A DNA stretch of 63,282 nt, counting the filler, from Octopus bimaculoides (taxonomy: Eukaryota), in the NCBI RefSeq assembly GCF_001194135.2. It is 5 parts of 5 records of this genome, joined end to end, with 100 filler letters (N's around TTAATTAATTAA, not from the genome) between each part and the next. Parts side by side here need not be neighbours in the genome. Positions count along the whole stretch, not along the records: positions 42,806 to 52,973 come from NC_068984.1; positions 53,074 to 60,968 come from NC_068982.1; positions 61,069 to 63,282 come from NW_026386283.1; 2 more parts are not named here. One strand, given 5' to 3'. The notes under the pieces are model-generated. The model searched no databases, was not told where the DNA came from, and worked only from the letters and a program-made list of their open reading frames with translations. This document shows positions 49,600 through 61,606 of the stretch, in pieces. The first letter of the stretch is position 1; each line of letters begins with the position of its first letter. Both the position numbers and the translations under genes were made by a program.

Positions 49600-51328
49600 A
49601 AATACTTTATAATATCCGACTAGTAATCAGAGTAGACTGTCGGCTCCACTACGGATTACAACTACGACTCTCAGTCGAGAGATTCTTTAGACAAGTAGTT
49701 ATAACAGCCAACAAGTAGAAGTATGTTCACCAAAATGAATGACACTTGGTTCCAAATAAAAAGAAATTGAATACAACGATCAATTAACTGGCAACATTTG
49801 ATTCGGGAAGAATGGCTTTCCTTGATGTTTTTGTTAGAACAGACAAAGTTTTATCAACCTAATTGTGGTATCAGATTTCTTCACTATTGTAGTAATCTCA
49901 TCTGGAATAGTTACAATTTTGCTTACAGGTGGCAGAACTCCTCATTCTTCTTTTAAACTTACACATAATGACAGCCCTGTGTGCAATACTGGCAAAGGAT
50001 GTAAATTGGCCGAAGTTCTAAAGCAGGCCAAGCTGAAAGTATGAATCAATTCTCACAGAATTGCATTTGAGACTCTCAACAAATCACTCCTTACCAGATC
50101 TCAGCAGTAGCATTAACATGATAGGTGGAGTGACAGTCTTACCCTTTGTTGACATCAAACAAACTCTGGCAGTCAATGTAAATGGTACATGTGCCAATGA
50201 GTTAAGAAAATGACCCAAAAAAACTTATAATTAGAGACGAGAATAAAAATATCGTCTTTCTACTAACCTGAAAGTTGCACTTAAGAGAGATGCTTCAGTA
50301 GCCCAGTTTTTTAAAGTTTAATTTTAGTTGGAGGCAATAGTGAACTACCAGACATTACTGGGAGTAGAAATGTCAAGATACCGAAAAAGAAAATGCAAAA
50401 CAATTATCAATACAGCCCAAGAAAATCTATTGAAAGATTATTCCAATCTCTCACAGGATTTGTAGAAAATATGAATGACTTCCTCAACATATCATCTTAG
50501 CTTCCAAAAACGATATCGTGTAGAATATTAATAGTGCCATCATTCAAAAGGTACCAGATCAAGTAAGTTTACAATGTAATTGACGTTAACAATGGTACCA
50601 AAATATTCAACATATTTTATCAATTCTTTCCAGTCCGTTGCTGTCCCACCTCATAATCTGTAAGAGTACCCGTTATTTTACTATGAAATTTAGAAGTACC
50701 AAAACTCTATAACTGTACAAGACTAGCAATCAAAATTCTTATGTCCCGCATGATCGAAGTCACCATTTATCAGTAGTTGCACCAAGGAAGATATTTTCAT
50801 TCCATGCATTCTTCGCATTCCATCAAATATGCTATTTCAATCCAAATGCCTTCATCTTACAATGATTATCTTGTTTTTACGTGACCACCAAGTCTCAGGA
50901 ACAATCCTTCAAAGTTGTTTGAGTTGAGATGACAAGTCTCTATTTGTCTTTGAGTCAGTCCTATGCAACATGATCACATATTAGGTTAAACAGACATCTT
51001 TTCATCAGAACACCAAACCATAGAACAAGAAATGTTATCTTCTCTCAGAATTCATACTGAATAAAACACATTTCTTGTAGAAATATTTTTGACGTATTTT
51101 GTGTTACATATTAATTCATAATTATAAGAAAATATAAAATGTAAAACATAATGATAGTATTTTCTAATGGCACAAAATCGAGATTAGCCATAAACTCACT
51201 CTCTAAACTTCCACAGAATCCTGGTTAAACATTCAACTTCAGATTTGCTGTAAGTTAAGTTATTTAAAAGTTCAGTAAAAATATTTCTCCATATTCGACA
51301 CCCGATCAACGATGGGTGGCTCTGCTAG
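49600..51328 (+). mobile_element. Helitron 3' portion: decayed PIF1 helicase, 3'UTR and canonical terminus
   Basis: SSGIVTILLTGGRTPHSSFKL...CNTGKG.KLAEVLKQAKL, GVTVLPFVDIKQTLAV, PKNDIV, VPVILL*NLEVPKLYNCTRLAIK, KSQEQSFKVV, TRNVIFSQ. Ends with hairpin CACCC-G-ATC-AAC-GAT-GGGTG (51299-51318), then CTAG|T (51325-51329). Confidence 0.9.
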
Positions 51329-51926
51329 TGTACGTGTGTGTGTGTGTGTCACATTACAAAATTCCTTCCAATGTATTCTGCATACACATATATACACATT
51401 TACTCATACTATTTCTTTCTTCCTACAGAACCCCTTCTTTTCTCTTTCTTTCTCCCTAACTTTTTTTCTCTGTTTGCAGTTTTCTGTAGTCACGCATTTC
51501 TTTCTCTCTTTCCTTCTCTTACACACTTTTCTTCGTTTTTGATTACCGATTCCACTCTTCTTTTTTTTTTCTTGTATTTTTTCTCTTTATTTATTAATTT
51601 TTTTTTTCACTCTAACCCTACTAATGTAACAATTTTAGAGAATTCATTTAACATTTTAATGAAATATTTTGTGTCGCCAGAAGAATCTTGTCCGTTCTCC
51701 CCCCCCTCTCTCTCTTGCTTTTCGCTTCTTCTCTCAACCGTTCTATTTTTCCCTCTTTCTCTTTTCATTTCACTTTCTCCTTTTTCTCACAGGCATTTCC
51801 TCTCCATCTAATTTTGTAATAATTGGCAAATTTCAAATAATTAAATTTCTATTTGTATCTATCTGCTCATGTCTGTCGCTTGTTTGTGTGGGTGTGCACG
51901 CGTGCGTGTATGTATGTATATAGGCA

Positions 51927-52029
<103 letters not shown>

Positions 52030-52928
52030 NNNNNNNNNNNNNNNNNNNNNNNNNNNNNNNNNNNNNNNNNNNNNNNNNNNNNNNNNNNNNNNNNNNNNNN
52101 NNNNNNNNNNNNNNNNNNNNNNNNNNNNNNNNNNNNNNNNNNNNNNNNNNNNNNNNNNNNNNNNNNNNNNNNNNNNNNNNNNNNNNNNNNNNNNNNNNNN
52201 NNNNNNNNNNGGACATTAAAACATTCGGACAGATAGATGATACAAAGGCGGACAAGAGAAACAACAATTAGGACAGGCAAAAAAAAAAAGACCGGTCATT
52301 CGTGGCTTTCTTTCTTCGGTCAAGTTCAAGAAGTTACGACCATTTAGGCCAGTTACACTTGAGATGGTTCGATCTGGTTGCCCCCCCAAAAAGTCTAAGC
52401 TAAGAACATTAGATCCCTTTGTAAGGAAGCTAGCGAATGTGTACGGCAACAAAGACAAAAAACAAACAAACAAAAAACGGAGAACATGGTACACAATTAC
52501 GAATACAAACAAGAAATAGCAACAGGTGTCTTTCGACTGAGAACGAATCCAATTGGGCTGGCGTGTATGAAGTGAAATCCTAAAGGCAGGAACATAGGAG
52601 ATGGACATGCGAGGTGTTGGCGGTCGGCAGTCAGGCCAAGAAAGAAAGATCATCGCTGGCCGGACACCGGTCACGTGGAAGGAGGAGAGATGGGTAGGGA
52701 GCAGCGGGATTACAGGATTAGAAAAAAAATCAGAGACAAAGAGAAAGGTACAGGGGAGATAAACGAGTGGGAAATAGTGGGAGTTAAAGAAAGAGAGCGC
52801 CAAGAAATGTGAGAGAAGGAGAGCGAGAAGAAGGAAGAAAAATGAGAGGGAGAATAAAAGATAGAGCAAGAGTCGTACAAAATTTAGATACACACCTACT
52901 ATAAGGTGAGCACAAGGGTGTACATGCG

Positions 52929-52973
<45 letters not shown>

Positions 52974-53073
52974 NNNNNNNNNNNNNNNNNNNNNNNNNNN
53001 NNNNNNNNNNNNNNNNNTTAATTAATTAANNNNNNNNNNNNNNNNNNNNNNNNNNNNNNNNNNNNNNNNNNNN

Positions 53074-53112
<39 letters not shown>

Positions 53113-53782
53113 AAACAACATGAAATACGAAAACAAATGAGTTAAATACGCAAATAACGAGAGAAAAAAATGGAAAACAAGTCATGTATTATAAAGAACG
53201 ACCATTCATCAGTTGTCAGCTGTATATCTACTCCCCATTTCGAGTAATCAACGATAATATGAGTCTTCGAGGACAGTTGCTGACATAATTACCAAAATAA
53301 AATTTTGGATTTATGGAGGGTCAAAGTCAGGAACAAAAACACGACAGGAAAAGTAGTGAACGCTGAGAGAAATATTTTCTTATGCATATATGTATAACTT
53401 TTCCTTCATCGAAAGTTATTAATTAATTCAGAAATTGATCAATCTAACACTATCTGAATTATTTTTGAATATTAAATCAGCCCGCTTTCCCGCTTTCAAG
53501 CTGTGTATATATAGTGAAGATTTGCAATAGCTGGACATATTTGACGTCTATTTTCAGCATACAGGCATGGTAGCTTCAGTGCCCTTAAGTCTAATTGTAT
53601 CTTAAACGCTTTCGGTGCGAATGATTTTTACACGGCACCGAGTTTACAATCCTGTAAGTAATAATAATGGTATTTTTATATAAGCTTACAGCTTATGACG
53701 ATCACCGTGCAATAACTAAGGAAATAGTCTAATAAAGAGGCATACAAGCCCTCGACAGAAAAAAAAAACAGAAGGCTTTCCT

Positions 53783-53847
53783 ATCCACGTGGGAGTCGAA
53801 ACCACATCCCATTGTTAACGCGACTAAGTGTGTTACCTTTACATCAG
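53783..53847 (-). mobile_element. Isolated tRNA-like (SINE head) fragment
   Basis: Reverse complement GCTGATGTAAAGGTAAC...GTGGTTTCGACTCCCACGTGGA has A/B-box-like motifs but no full cloverleaf. Confidence 0.4.
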
Positions 53848-53955
53848 CGAATCAATTATAAATCTCTTTATATATATTTTACCTAAAAGGTTATTTTTTA
53901 TGTGCTGGCCATTGATAAAATTCATTAATTTTAATGATGTTATCCTTTATGTTTA

Positions 53956-54006
<51 letters not shown>

Positions 54007-54943
54007 NNNNNNNNNNNNNNNNNNNNNNNNNNNNNNNNNNNNNNNNNNNNNNNNNNNNNNNNNNNNNNNNNNNNNNNNNNNNNNNNNNNNNNNNNNNNNN
54101 NNNNNNNNNNNNNNNNNNNNNNNNNNNNNNNNNNNNNNNNNNNNNNNNNNNNNNNNNNNNNNNNNNNNNNNNNNNNNNNNNNNNNNNNNNNNNNNNNNNN
54201 NNNNNNNNNNNNNNNNNNNNNNNNNNNNNNNNNNNNNNNNNNNNNNNNNNNNNNNNNNNNNNNNNNNNNNNNNNNNNNNNNNNNNNNNNNNNNNNNNNNN
54301 NNNNNNNNNNNNNNNNNNNNNNNNNNNNNNNNNNNNNNNNNNNNNNNNNNNNNNNNNNNNNNNNNNNNNNNNNNNNNNNNNNNNNNNNNNNNNNNNNNNN
54401 NNNNNNNNNNNNNNNNNNNNNNNNNNNNTGTATGCATGTATGTGTGTGTGTGTGTGTGTGTGTGAGTGTGTGTGTGTGTGTGTGTGTACTAGCAGAAACA
54501 CCCGTCATTGACTGGGTTGGAAAAAGCTGCCAAAAGAGTTCCTATAAAAGTATTCTAACTAATGACAAGTTGTACAAACTCAGGTAACATACAGAGCTTT
54601 ACTGCAAAAGAACATCGACAAAAGTCATGCGCGACTGAGTTGAAATTTTCATATTAGCAGTTAGATAGATAAACCAGAGTAGTCTACCTTGGATCAATAA
54701 CCGTTTTAATGAGCTTTTACTTTGATAGATGCCTTCTTTTAAAACAGGTACCGTAAAATGGGATACAGGTAAAACGACACTAGAACGGTTTATTACTGGT
54801 CTGTTCGACACCAGATTAATTCATTGTGTGCACGCAAACTATAATATCATTCTGAATTAGTTTAGTTTAATATCTAATGCAAATAAATAAAGATGATCAT
54901 TCCGGGGATACGGGAGAGATAACTATTACAATAATTCATATAT

Positions 54944-55110
54944 CGGTTTCAAATTTTGGCACAAGGCCAGGAATTTTGTGGGAAGGATTAAGTTGATTAC
55001 ATCGACCACGAGAGCTCAATAAAAAGCAAAGTGGACCTCGACGGAATTTTAAACTCGGAACGTAAAATCGAACGAAATGCCCCTAAGCATTTTGCCCTGC
55101 TTGCTAACTT
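54944..55110 (-). mobile_element. SINE-B with internal deletion, tail type 2
   Basis: GGTTTCAAATTTTGGCACAAGGCC...GATTACATCGACC...GCAAAGTGGACCTCGACGGAATTTTAAACTC. Confidence 0.85.
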
Positions 55111-55598
55111 ACGATAATTCATATATAAAAAATTATTTAATTCCCCCACCAAGTTATATGTTGATTGCAACGAATCCAAGCATGTGGCAGACGTTAAACA
55201 TGTAACCATGGAAAAGAAACCGAATAAAAGGACAAAAAGGTATAATTCTAGATAGCAGTGACATGGAGGGCACTCCTTGTTTTAATATGATTAAATATCG
55301 GTGGAATATTCCCATTAATATCGCTGTAAGATACGCATAAAATAAAATAAAAACGGAATTCTCTCTGTTTTAAAGGACTTTGATGATGTAACAGAAACAA
55401 AGTATTACCTAGAAATGCATATATTCTACTGCATGTAGGAAAGGTATTCGAAATTACACCATAATGCCAGATAAATAGTTAGTGTGTCTATCTGATGATT
55501 CTTAATACACAAGGTAAATACCTTACTCTGGTAAGCACATAAATGCGAAACAAGGTGGAAGTGCTTACTCTGGTGTAATCCGCTTTTTAAAAAATTAT

Positions 55599-55786
55599 TT
55601 TCTACTCTGGGCACAGGGCCCGAAATTTTTGGGGAGGTGGGCCCAGTCGACTAGAGCGACCTCCGTACGCAACTGGTACTTAATTTATCGACCCCGAAAG
55701 GATGAAAGGCAAAGTCAAACTCGGCGGAATTTGAACTCGTAAGCATTTCGCCCGGCTTGCTAAGTTTTCTACCAGCTCGCCGCCTT
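55599..55786 (-). mobile_element. SINE-B, tail type 1
   Basis: Reverse complement AAGGCGGCGAGCTGGTAGAAAAC...GAGTTCAAATTCCGCCGAGTTTGACTTTGCCTTTCATCCTTTCGGGGTCGATAAATTAAGTACCAG...AGTAGAAA. Confidence 0.92.
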
Positions 55787-55799
55787 ATACTTATATATA

Positions 55800-55806
55800 T
55801 ACATAT

Positions 55807-55869
<63 letters not shown>

Positions 55870-56045
55870 TACATATATATGTACGTATGTATGTATATAT
55901 GCATGTATGTAAGTATGTATGTATGCATGTATTATGTGTGTGTGTGCGTGCATGCGTGCGTGCGTGCCTGCGTGCGTTCCTGCGTGCATGCGTGCGTGTG
56001 TGTATTATGTATGTATATATGTCGGTAGGTAAGTAGGTATGTATG
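55800..56045. repeat. (CA)n plus degenerate TATG/TGCG repeats
   Basis: Seen directly in the sequence. Confidence 0.9.
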
Positions 56046-57324
56046 ATAGTGAAATGCATGCTAGTGAAATGGCAACTTCGTTAGTGCATCGGCGAGAATA
56101 GTATTTGTCGTAACAGAGGTATGAGTTGGAAGTCGAATTTAGCTTTGTTTCATACATATGAACGTACGTACATAAACTTCTGACGCCGTCTCTCGAATTA
56201 GATTTACAGTACGAAGGGAGACAATTCTTAACCTTGTTTAATTTCGATAAACTATCAAATTTTCACTTTTAATGCTTTAAAGAAAAGATATTCGATAACT
56301 TTTAAGTTAACAATCATAAATCGATTTATGTTGTTATTTTCATGTTAAAGACCGAAAACTGTAACTGAAAAGTTTAATCTGTTTTTAAAAAATCTTAATG
56401 CTGATAAAAATTGGAAGAATTAAGAAAATTGTTTACATGATCCAAGGGAAGTAACTGTTGATAGAAATTGATACATTTAATACAGTTGCGATTAGATTTT
56501 TATACTCTTTTGAAAAAATATCTTTTAAATTTTGCTTTTCATTCTATAAAAATGCACATACATGCATACGTATGTAAATTTACACACAAATATAAACATA
56601 TTTACACATTTACAGGCACAATAGAATATCACTTTAATATGATATCTATTTAATGCACAACAAAGCAGAAATCAGAATAACTGAAATATGTTGTCAGATA
56701 AATTCTTCTGTCTTTATTTTTTTTCCCCAATATTATTTGAATTAACATGAAAAATATCTCATCGTAGTGATTTATGATTTGTCTGAAGCTCTATTCTTCC
56801 TCTACAATGCTTGTTTATCGATCTTGAAATTTGAATAAATTTTACCTCTTTTTATACAGGAGAGCCAAGTATATATATATAAAAATTAGCGCCTGTCTTT
56901 CTTCGTTTTCTATGAAGGCTCCAAAACTGTCAATGCCGTTCGAGCTATTAGTTCTGTGTATGGAGAAGACGCTTTTACTTAAAGAACTACACAGGAATGC
57001 TTATTGCATTTAAGGGAGGGAAACTTCAAACTTACAGACTCTCTGCCTTCCGGCTGACGTATTCATTTCCGTGAGGGTTGATTGAACCAACTCATCTACG
57101 ACGGTCTCCACCAATCGACTAGGGAACTAGACCAGCAGATGAGATGCTCTCATGATACCACTGCCCGTCCCTTTCAATCGATTGGTAAGGTAAGTAAATT
57201 TGGTACAAGGATGCCACACGCTTCGAACGAATAGGAAAAACACCAGCATGCTTCTTCAACACGTCAACGCTCCACGTCACTAATAATCCTTGAGATTATT
57301 ACATTTTTTGGTTGTCCTCATCGT

Positions 57325-57425
57325 TACTTTCAATAATGACGTGGGGCTTAAAACGTTGTTCGATGAATTCCCCGAGCCAAGATCCGCTGATTTCTATAGT
57401 CGAGCTATTGGAACGTTAAAAAGAT
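57325..57425 (+). mobile_element. Mariner transposase C-terminal fragment
   Basis: FNNDVGLKTLFDEFPEPRSADFYSRAIGTL resembles F.....LK..L..FF.SK..DFY.RGI..L. Confidence 0.5.
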
Positions 57426-57449
57426 GTGTGTCTTTTATTGAATGGTTTG

Positions 57450-57712
57450 TTAAAATGCTTACTTGCTTTGCTTCCTGCTCTTGCCTGACCGGTCTGTGGT
57501 CATCCCAGGTTAGTTGTCTCAGAGACTCAACATGTGCAGAGCTGACCAAGTCCACCAGTACCCTGGATCACTGACAGTCCCGTATCAGCCCTTCTGCATC
57601 TTCCAAGATGACGTCGAGCCTCCGGACATCTTCCTTAAACAAGTCCAGTCATCTGGTGCGAGGCCGGCTGCGAGGCTTCTTCCAGCCCGCAGCTTCTGCG
57701 TCGAATGAGAGT
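57450..57712 (-). mobile_element. RTE-clade LINE extreme 3' end
   Basis: LSFDAEAAGWKKPRSRPRTR*LDLFKEDVRRLDVILEDAEGLIRDCQ*SRVLV matches RPRGRPRTRW.D...ED...L.DR..WR. Confidence 0.7.
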
Positions 57713-58215
57713 AAAGCCCTCATTCAATTTGTTAAATTTGTTGATGTTGATAAGGAGTAAAAAAAAAAAAGCACAAAAGATCAAATAACAACATCCCAAT
57801 ATATTTAATGATTTCGTAATATTGAAGACATTACGAAATAGTGATATTGGCTAACTACGCACATTTTAGAACTCTGGTTCTTAATCTCGAAATAATTACT
57901 CTGTTGGAAGCTTTATCAGCTCATGAACGGCGACGAATACCGAAACGGCGATGTAGCGGGCATTAGGGTTTCTTTTCTTAGAAAATAATGTATTTTAACC
58001 AAGTACACTTTTGTGAAAAGATCTTTAAGTTTAGGATATGCGCTGAACATTGTATTAGCAGTGAGTAAAAATATAAGCAATGATGTGCTAAAATACAGTA
58101 TAATTTCATTTTATAAAATCTTGACTTCTTTTGTATTTGTTAAAAAAATATAGCACATGCATTAGAAATAATAAATTTCTAAATCTCTCAGAGATACTTA
58201 AGAAGTAGTGAAGCG

Positions 58216-58581
58216 ATAAAGTAGTTGTATACTGCCAACTTAACGTGACAGTTCCAATAAGGGAAATACTACTGCTATTTAGCCCTAGGAAGCTGGACCG
58301 CTTCCTGTTGGCCTTGACACATTTCCTGTGTCCTTTTCTTTGCGAGGGGGAGACAAACTCCTCCACCCAGCCTAGCCTGCATTCAGGGACATGTTTCTGA
58401 GTCTTTGCTCGTCATCAGCCTGAAGTAGCACGACCAGCTGTTTGAAGAAGTCTGTCTACCTTTCGCAAAGATATACTATTTCAGTGAAATACATTATTTC
58501 TAATTTTTGTAACCAGTGAATGTTAGTATATTCCTTTATTGGGACTGTCACGTTAAGTTTGGCAGTATACAACTACTTTAT
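58216..58581. repeat. ~55-bp inverted repeats (58216-58270 / 58525-58581) enclosing an HHR
   Basis: ATAAAGTAGTTGTATACTGCCA-ACTTAACGTGACAGTTCCAATAAGGGAA-ATACT versus the reverse complement of the right arm: 2 substitutions and 2 single-base indels. Confidence 0.93.
58382..58424 (-). ncRNA. Minimal type I hammerhead ribozyme motif
   Basis: Minus strand: UUCAGG-CUGAUGA-C-GAG-CAAAGA-CUC-A-GAAA-C-AU-GUC^-CCUGAA. Stem I is a perfect 6 bp, the core is intact and stem III ACAUGU is palindromic. Confidence 0.8.
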
Positions 58582-58788
58582 AACATATGTAGTATTTTCA
58601 TTAAAATTATCTTTTATTAATATATTTTTGGTGAACAATGAAATAAAGCCATGAACTGGAGTCGATGGTATTGACTAATCTTGTACCATATAGGTTTGTA
58701 TATACATACATACATGCATACACACGTGTGTGTATCTATGTATATGTATAATTATAAAGATAAAACTTACTTGGAAGAGGATGCGTGG

Positions 58789-59727
58789 CATTCAGTCTGT
58801 CTCTGTCACTTTTTGGGTGGAGTGACCCATATCTAGTTAGCAACTTCCTTGTCTTTCTGTCTAAGCTGTTTAGTTCGTCTACTGTCCATGCGATTACTCC
58901 TGCTCCATATCTCAGTAGTGAAACCGCCCAGGTGTTGATACCTTCAATCTTATTCCGTCCGTTTAATTTCGAATTAAGGATCAGCCTCAGTCTGTGCAAG
59001 TACCCCACCTTAAAGTTCTCTGTCATTTCTTTCTCCATCAATTTATCCATTTCCAAAACCCCAAGTATTTATAACCCGTCTCTTCTCTCTGCTTCATAAC
59101 CTCCCCCGACGGTATGATTAGTCCCTCCATACATTTGATTTTGCCTCTCTTCAAGATTAAAACACCACACTTTCTCAGTCTGCACTCCATTCTGATATCA
59201 GCACTGAAGATATACACCGTATCAACGAGGGAACTGACTTGGGCTTCATCTTTACCATAAAGTTTGAGGTCATCAATGAATAACAAATGGTTGATTTTTT
59301 GTTGGCGGCTTTTGAATACATACCCAGCTTTTGCTTTCCTCAGAATCAGTTTTAGTGGTATCAAGCAGAGTACAAAGATCAGTGGGTCAGGCAGTCCCCT
59401 TGGAAGACGCCCCTCCTAATTTCTACTGTCCCTAAACTTCTTCCGTATGCTGTCAGGTCCGTCCTCCAATTCGCCATACTTTTTCCAAGCAATCGCTCAA
59501 CATTCGATGCAATACCAAATAGGTTCATACATTCCATAATCGATAGTCGATCCATGNNNNNNNNNNNNNNNNNNNNNNNNNNNNNNNNNNNNNNNNNNNN
59601 NNNNNNNNNNNNNNNNNNNNNNNNNNNNNNNNNNNNNCGTTTGCAACCCTTCTGCTCATGTGGCAGGACGCAGGACTCCATTTTTTCCAGATGTTCGTAC
59701 ATTGACTCTTCGAGTATTCCAGTCAGT
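58789..59727 (-). mobile_element. R4/Dong-clade LINE reverse transcriptase remnant
   Basis: LLTGILEESMYEHLE...PHEQKGCK, IRRGVFQGD, KINHLLFIDDLKLYGK, CGVLILKRGK, YKYLG, NKIEGINTWAVSLLRYGAG, LDRKTRKLLT...LHPKSDRDRL. Confidence 0.93.
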
Positions 59728-60059
59728 AAAGCGGAGGTATTGTTTTCAGCCGTATTTGTTCGTTTGTTAGTCCGTGGAAAGATACCCCAAGAACCGCTGA
59801 ATGGATTCGGATGAAACTTTCAGGAATGTTTGGCCTCGTGACTGCACGAACTGATTAGATTTTGGGATCGATTCGGTGCCGGTCAAGCATTCTGGATTAT
59901 TTTTCCTGTTTTTTAACTAAACTTTTGAGAGCGGTCGGATTCATTTTTAGTATTCTAGTTTGTGAGAGCAGTCGAGTTTATTTCAGACATTGTCATTTTA
60001 AAAATCACCTCTGGCTAATAGGTGAGAAGACGGTGTTGCCTTGGAGGAGTGCTCTTGTT
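59728..60059 (-). mobile_element. Non-autonomous Helentron/HINE (DINE-1-like) element
   Basis: Reverse complement starts (TAA)n-AACAAGAGCACTC and ends AAAGTTTCATCCGAATCCATTCAGCGGTTCTTG...ACAAACGAACAAA..CTGAAAACAATACCTCCGC, a layout like Helentron-associated elements. Confidence 0.5.
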
Positions 60060-60119
60060 ATTATTATTATTATTATTATTATTNNNNNNNNNNTATTATT
60101 ATTATTATTATTATTATTA

Positions 60120-60430
60120 AAGGGCTGCGAGTTGGCAGAATCGTGATCCTGCCGGGCGAAATGCTTAGCGGCTTTTCGTCCGTTTTAAGGCGGTGAGCGG
60201 GCAGAATCGTTAGCATGTCGAGCGAAATGCTTTGCGATATTTCGTCTGTCTTCACGTTCTGAGTTCAGATTCCGCTGGAGTTGACTTTGCCTTTCATTCT
60301 TTAGCGGTCTATAAACTAAGTACCAGTTACGCAACTGGTACATCCCCTCCCCTAAAATTTCAGGCCTTAAGCCTATAGTAGAAAGGATCATTATTATTAT
60401 TATTATTATTATTACTACTACTACTACTAC

Positions 60431-60486
<56 letters not shown>

Positions 60487-60692
60487 AGGCGGTGAGCTAG
60501 CAGAATCGTTAGAATGCCGGGCGAAATGTTTAGAGGTATTTCGTCTACCACTACGTTCTGTGTTCAATTTCGGCTGAGGTCGACTTTGCCTTTTATCCTG
60601 TCGATTAAATAAATACCAGTTACGCACTGGAGTCGATGTAATCGACCTCATCCCTTCCCCGAAAGTTGATGCCTTGTGCTTCCAGTAGAAAG
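60120..60692 (+). mobile_element. Three head-to-tail SINE-B copies (60120-60186 head only; 60187-60387; 60486-60692) separated by trinucleotide repeats
   Basis: Repeated AAGGCGGTGAGC.GGCAGAATCGTTAG heads and GTAGAAAG tails with (ATT)n, (ACT)n and (AGT)n spacers. Confidence 0.93.
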
Positions 60693-60857
60693 AAGTAGTA
60701 GTAGTAGTAGTAGTAGTTGCATTAATTTTCTCCACTTCTCAACTGCGTATTATTATTCTACTTTCACTTTATTTTTTGTTATTTTTTACTCTAAACAAGA
60801 ACTGCAGTCTAAACAGAGTTTCATGTTTTACTTAACCCACGGTTAAATAAGAGACGG

Positions 60858-60912
60858 ATGCATAGTGTAGTGGTTAAGAAGCTCGCTTCGCAACCACATG
60901 ATTCGGGTTCAG
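60858..60912 (+). mobile_element. SINE-A-like head fragment
   Basis: TAGTGTAGTGGTTAAGAAGCTCGCTTCGCAACCACATGATTCGGGTTCAGT. Confidence 0.65.
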
Positions 60913-61101
60913 TGAAACGCGTGATTTGGTGGATTGAAATATGTATGTATGTATATATATATATATATNNNNNNNNNNNNNNNNNNNNNNNNNNNNNNNN
61001 NNNNNNNNNNNNTTAATTAATTAANNNNNNNNNNNNNNNNNNNNNNNNNNNNNNNNNNNNNNNNNNNNCATACATACATACATACATACACACACACACA
61101 T

Positions 61102-61133
<32 letters not shown>

Positions 61134-61537
61134 GTCCTGCACGATTTTGCACTGTCTCTACCTGTCAAACCTTTGTCAAGGTTTTGGTCGGTTCAAATCA
61201 AATCTACTGAGATGGAACACGCCATGTCGCTGGGATGCAAACTTCTTCACACAGCTATATATCTACACACATACCCCACCCCCTGTACATTTCCAGCGAT
61301 CTCAGTCTCACCTCGTTCCTTTCTAACCCACGTGACAGCTAAATGTCTATCTAAGCTGGGTTTTAAAGTGTTGATACAGCATCCTATATGCCTGCAGCTG
61401 GTGGTTGGATGCGAACCCTCATGCTTTGACTACTCAGCTAATCGACCGACCGACCGACTAGCCGGCCAACATATTTATTATCGCATCGATCACTTCAGGT
61501 ATCATCGAAAAAGGGAAGTGAAGCAAGTGAAGCAAGT

Positions 61538-61538
61538 G

Positions 61539-61606
<68 letters not shown>

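Noticed and set aside
52216-52893. 225-aa minus-strand ORF, the longest without gaps
   Set aside because: F/L/S-rich translation of a purine-rich repeat strand with no domain motifs; probably the non-coding terminal region of a repeat.
57915-57955. CTCATGA-ACGG...CC-GAAAC-GGC hammerhead-like relic (similar weak cases at 21361-21405, 31823-31870, 6506-6545)
   Set aside because: Core substitutions and/or missing stem I; these could be decayed HHRs but cannot be supported individually.
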